A stretch of DNA of 26,342 nucleotides, from positions 1,091 to 27,432 of the forward strand of contig JBBIRS010000012.1 in the NCBI GenBank assembly GCA_037441675.1, given 5' to 3'. Under the pieces are notes generated by a model. It searched no databases. It was not told the origin of the DNA and was given only the letters and a program-made list of their open reading frames with translations. The position numbers were made by a program, and so were the translations under genes. This DNA comes from Planctomycetales bacterium (GTDB taxonomy: Bacteria; 4484-113). Of the stretch, positions 24,944 through 26,342 are shown one piece after another. Position 1 is the first letter of the stretch, and each line of letters opens with the position of its first letter.

Positions 24944-26342
24944 ATGGAAAGCGTATCTCCACACCCGCCTTTACAGGAAGGGCTCACCTCAAAGGTAGAA
25001 GGAAAGACTTTTTCATTTCGTTCAACCTCATCTTACAAGATTAACCCACTAGCTTGCGCCTATTGCGCGAAGTGCCATAGTATATGCCCAACCTACCTAC
25101 CCACAAAAAATGAGGGTTATTCAGCAAGGGGAAAGATTCTCCTTTGGTCTGCCCTGAAGGGTAACTTTGATTCAATCGTCGAGGATCAACCTTCTCTCTC
25201 AACTAGTTTGATTGCTGAGAGTGATAAGCTACTAGATTATCTTGACTTCTGTACCCGCTGTTATAGGTGCTTAGATGTGTGCCCAGCTGGTATGGCAACT
25301 GTCCCCATATTTGAAGAAATGCGATTTGAGCTTGCGAAAGTTAGAGCACCCGAGCTTCCACTCAGGCTCTTGATGAGAGTTATCCTTCCCAATAGATGGC
25401 TAACGAGATTGCTATGTGCAGTTACCGAACTTCCATTTTCTATCGCTCCATTTTTAGCTAAACGACTTAAACTTCCTGTTCAGGTGAATAAGTGGCTATA
25501 CTCTCTTCCGAAATATGAGACGCTATTTTCCTCCCTAACCAGCGGTTTTCCCACAATTTATGTAGCGAACAGGGAATTTGCTATTCCCTCTTCTCAACTA
25601 AGACGAGCCCAGGCGATTCAGTTCACCCAAAAGTTTCAGAAAATTAACGAAAAAAATCGCGCAGAATCAGCTCCAACAGTCATTCTCTTCGGCGATTGTT
25701 TATCTGATATCTACTATCCTGGCATATATTACTCAGAGGCAAAGCTCTTGAACAGATTGGGCTATAGAGTATTGTTAAACTCAAATTTTACCTGCTGTGG
25801 TGCTAGCGCATTAAATACAGGGGATGAGAGAGCATTTGTCACAATGGCGCGCAAATTTGTAAGGCAGATTGCCGCATTACATCAGAAGAATAAAAACGCG
25901 ACATCTAAGATTTTGTTCTCAAATCCAACCTGCTTTAAGACAGTTAAGGAGAGATACAGGGAGTTTCTGACAGAAAGAGAACTTGATTTGATACCTGAAC
26001 CGACGCTTGATGTGGAATTTATACTGCCGAAACTTAAATCCGCACGATTTTCCGCGGTGGGCTCGCCTCTATCACAAATTCCAATGGCATGGCATAACCC
26101 TTGCGGTCTTGCCTATGCGCTTGGCGTGAAAGGAAATAGCATTGTGAGCGAACTCAAAGAGCTTGGGCTTAATATCAAAGAGTTCACTCAGGCGGAAGGA
26201 TGCTGTGGCTTTGGCGGAATGTTTCATATTCGCTATCCATCGCGCGCTATGGAGCTTTCAACTGAGAAGTTAAGATTCTGGAAAGAGCAAGGTATAGAGC
26301 TAGTATTAACAAATTCCTGCGGTTGCATCAGTCACTTAAACG
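24944..26342 (+). CDS. (Fe-S)-binding protein, GlcF/heterodisulfide reductase-like CCG family (3' end runs off the window)
   Basis: Not in the ORF track. Hand translation from ATG at 24944 is open to the window end: CAYCAKCHSICPTY...SARGK, CTRCYRCLDVCPAG, FTCCGA, SNPTC, WHNPC, GCCGFGG, TNSCGC. That is two 4Fe-4S motifs plus two CCG domains. Confidence 0.9.
   Translation, partial: MESVSPHPPLQEGLTSKVEGKTFSFRSTSSYKINPLACAYCAKCHSICPTYLPTKNEGYSARGKILLWSALKGNFDSIVEDQPSLSTSLIAESDKLLDYLDFCTRCYRCLDVCPAGMATVPIFEEMRFELAKVRAPELPLRLLMRVILPNRWLTRLLCAVTELPFSIAPFLAKRLKLPVQVNKWLYSLPKYETLFSSLTSGFPTIYVANREFAIPSSQLRRAQAIQFTQKFQKINEKNRAESAPTVILFGDCLSDIYYPGIYYSEAKLLNRLGYRVLLNSNFTCCGASALNTGDERAFVTMARKFVRQIAALHQKNKNATSKILFSNPTCFKTVKERYREFLTERELDLIPEPTLDVEFILPKLKSARFSAVGSPLSQIPMAWHNPCGLAYALGVKGNSIVSELKELGLNIKEFTQAEGCCGFGGMFHIRYPSRAMELSTEKLRFWKEQGIELVLTNSCGCISHLN

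Overview
Bacterial chromosomal window of moderate GC (the left ~5.7 kb looks somewhat GC-richer by eye), probably from a poorly studied lineage. From left to right it carries: a type II restriction-modification pair (TdeIII/MjaII-like endonuclease, partial and missing from the ORF track, plus an N4-cytosine methyltransferase); a 1197-aa PKD lipoprotein with an unrecognised A-B-A-B C-terminal repeat; three consecutive disrupted genes (MATE transporter, DUF3592-like fragment, secreted M29-like protein lacking metal ligands); a TIM-barrel isomerase/epimerase; a NAGPA-family protein; a CaCA antiporter; a three-gene NAD(P) transhydrogenase; a second PKD lipoprotein with a 7-repeat propeller; an orphan secreted protein; and a + strand run of pfk (atypical donor motifs), neuB-like, thpR, a hypothetical gene and a partial GlcF-like Fe-S protein (also missing from the track). 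No rRNA, tRNA, CRISPR array or transposase was recognised. All family assignments rest on motif recognition by eye; no searches were run.
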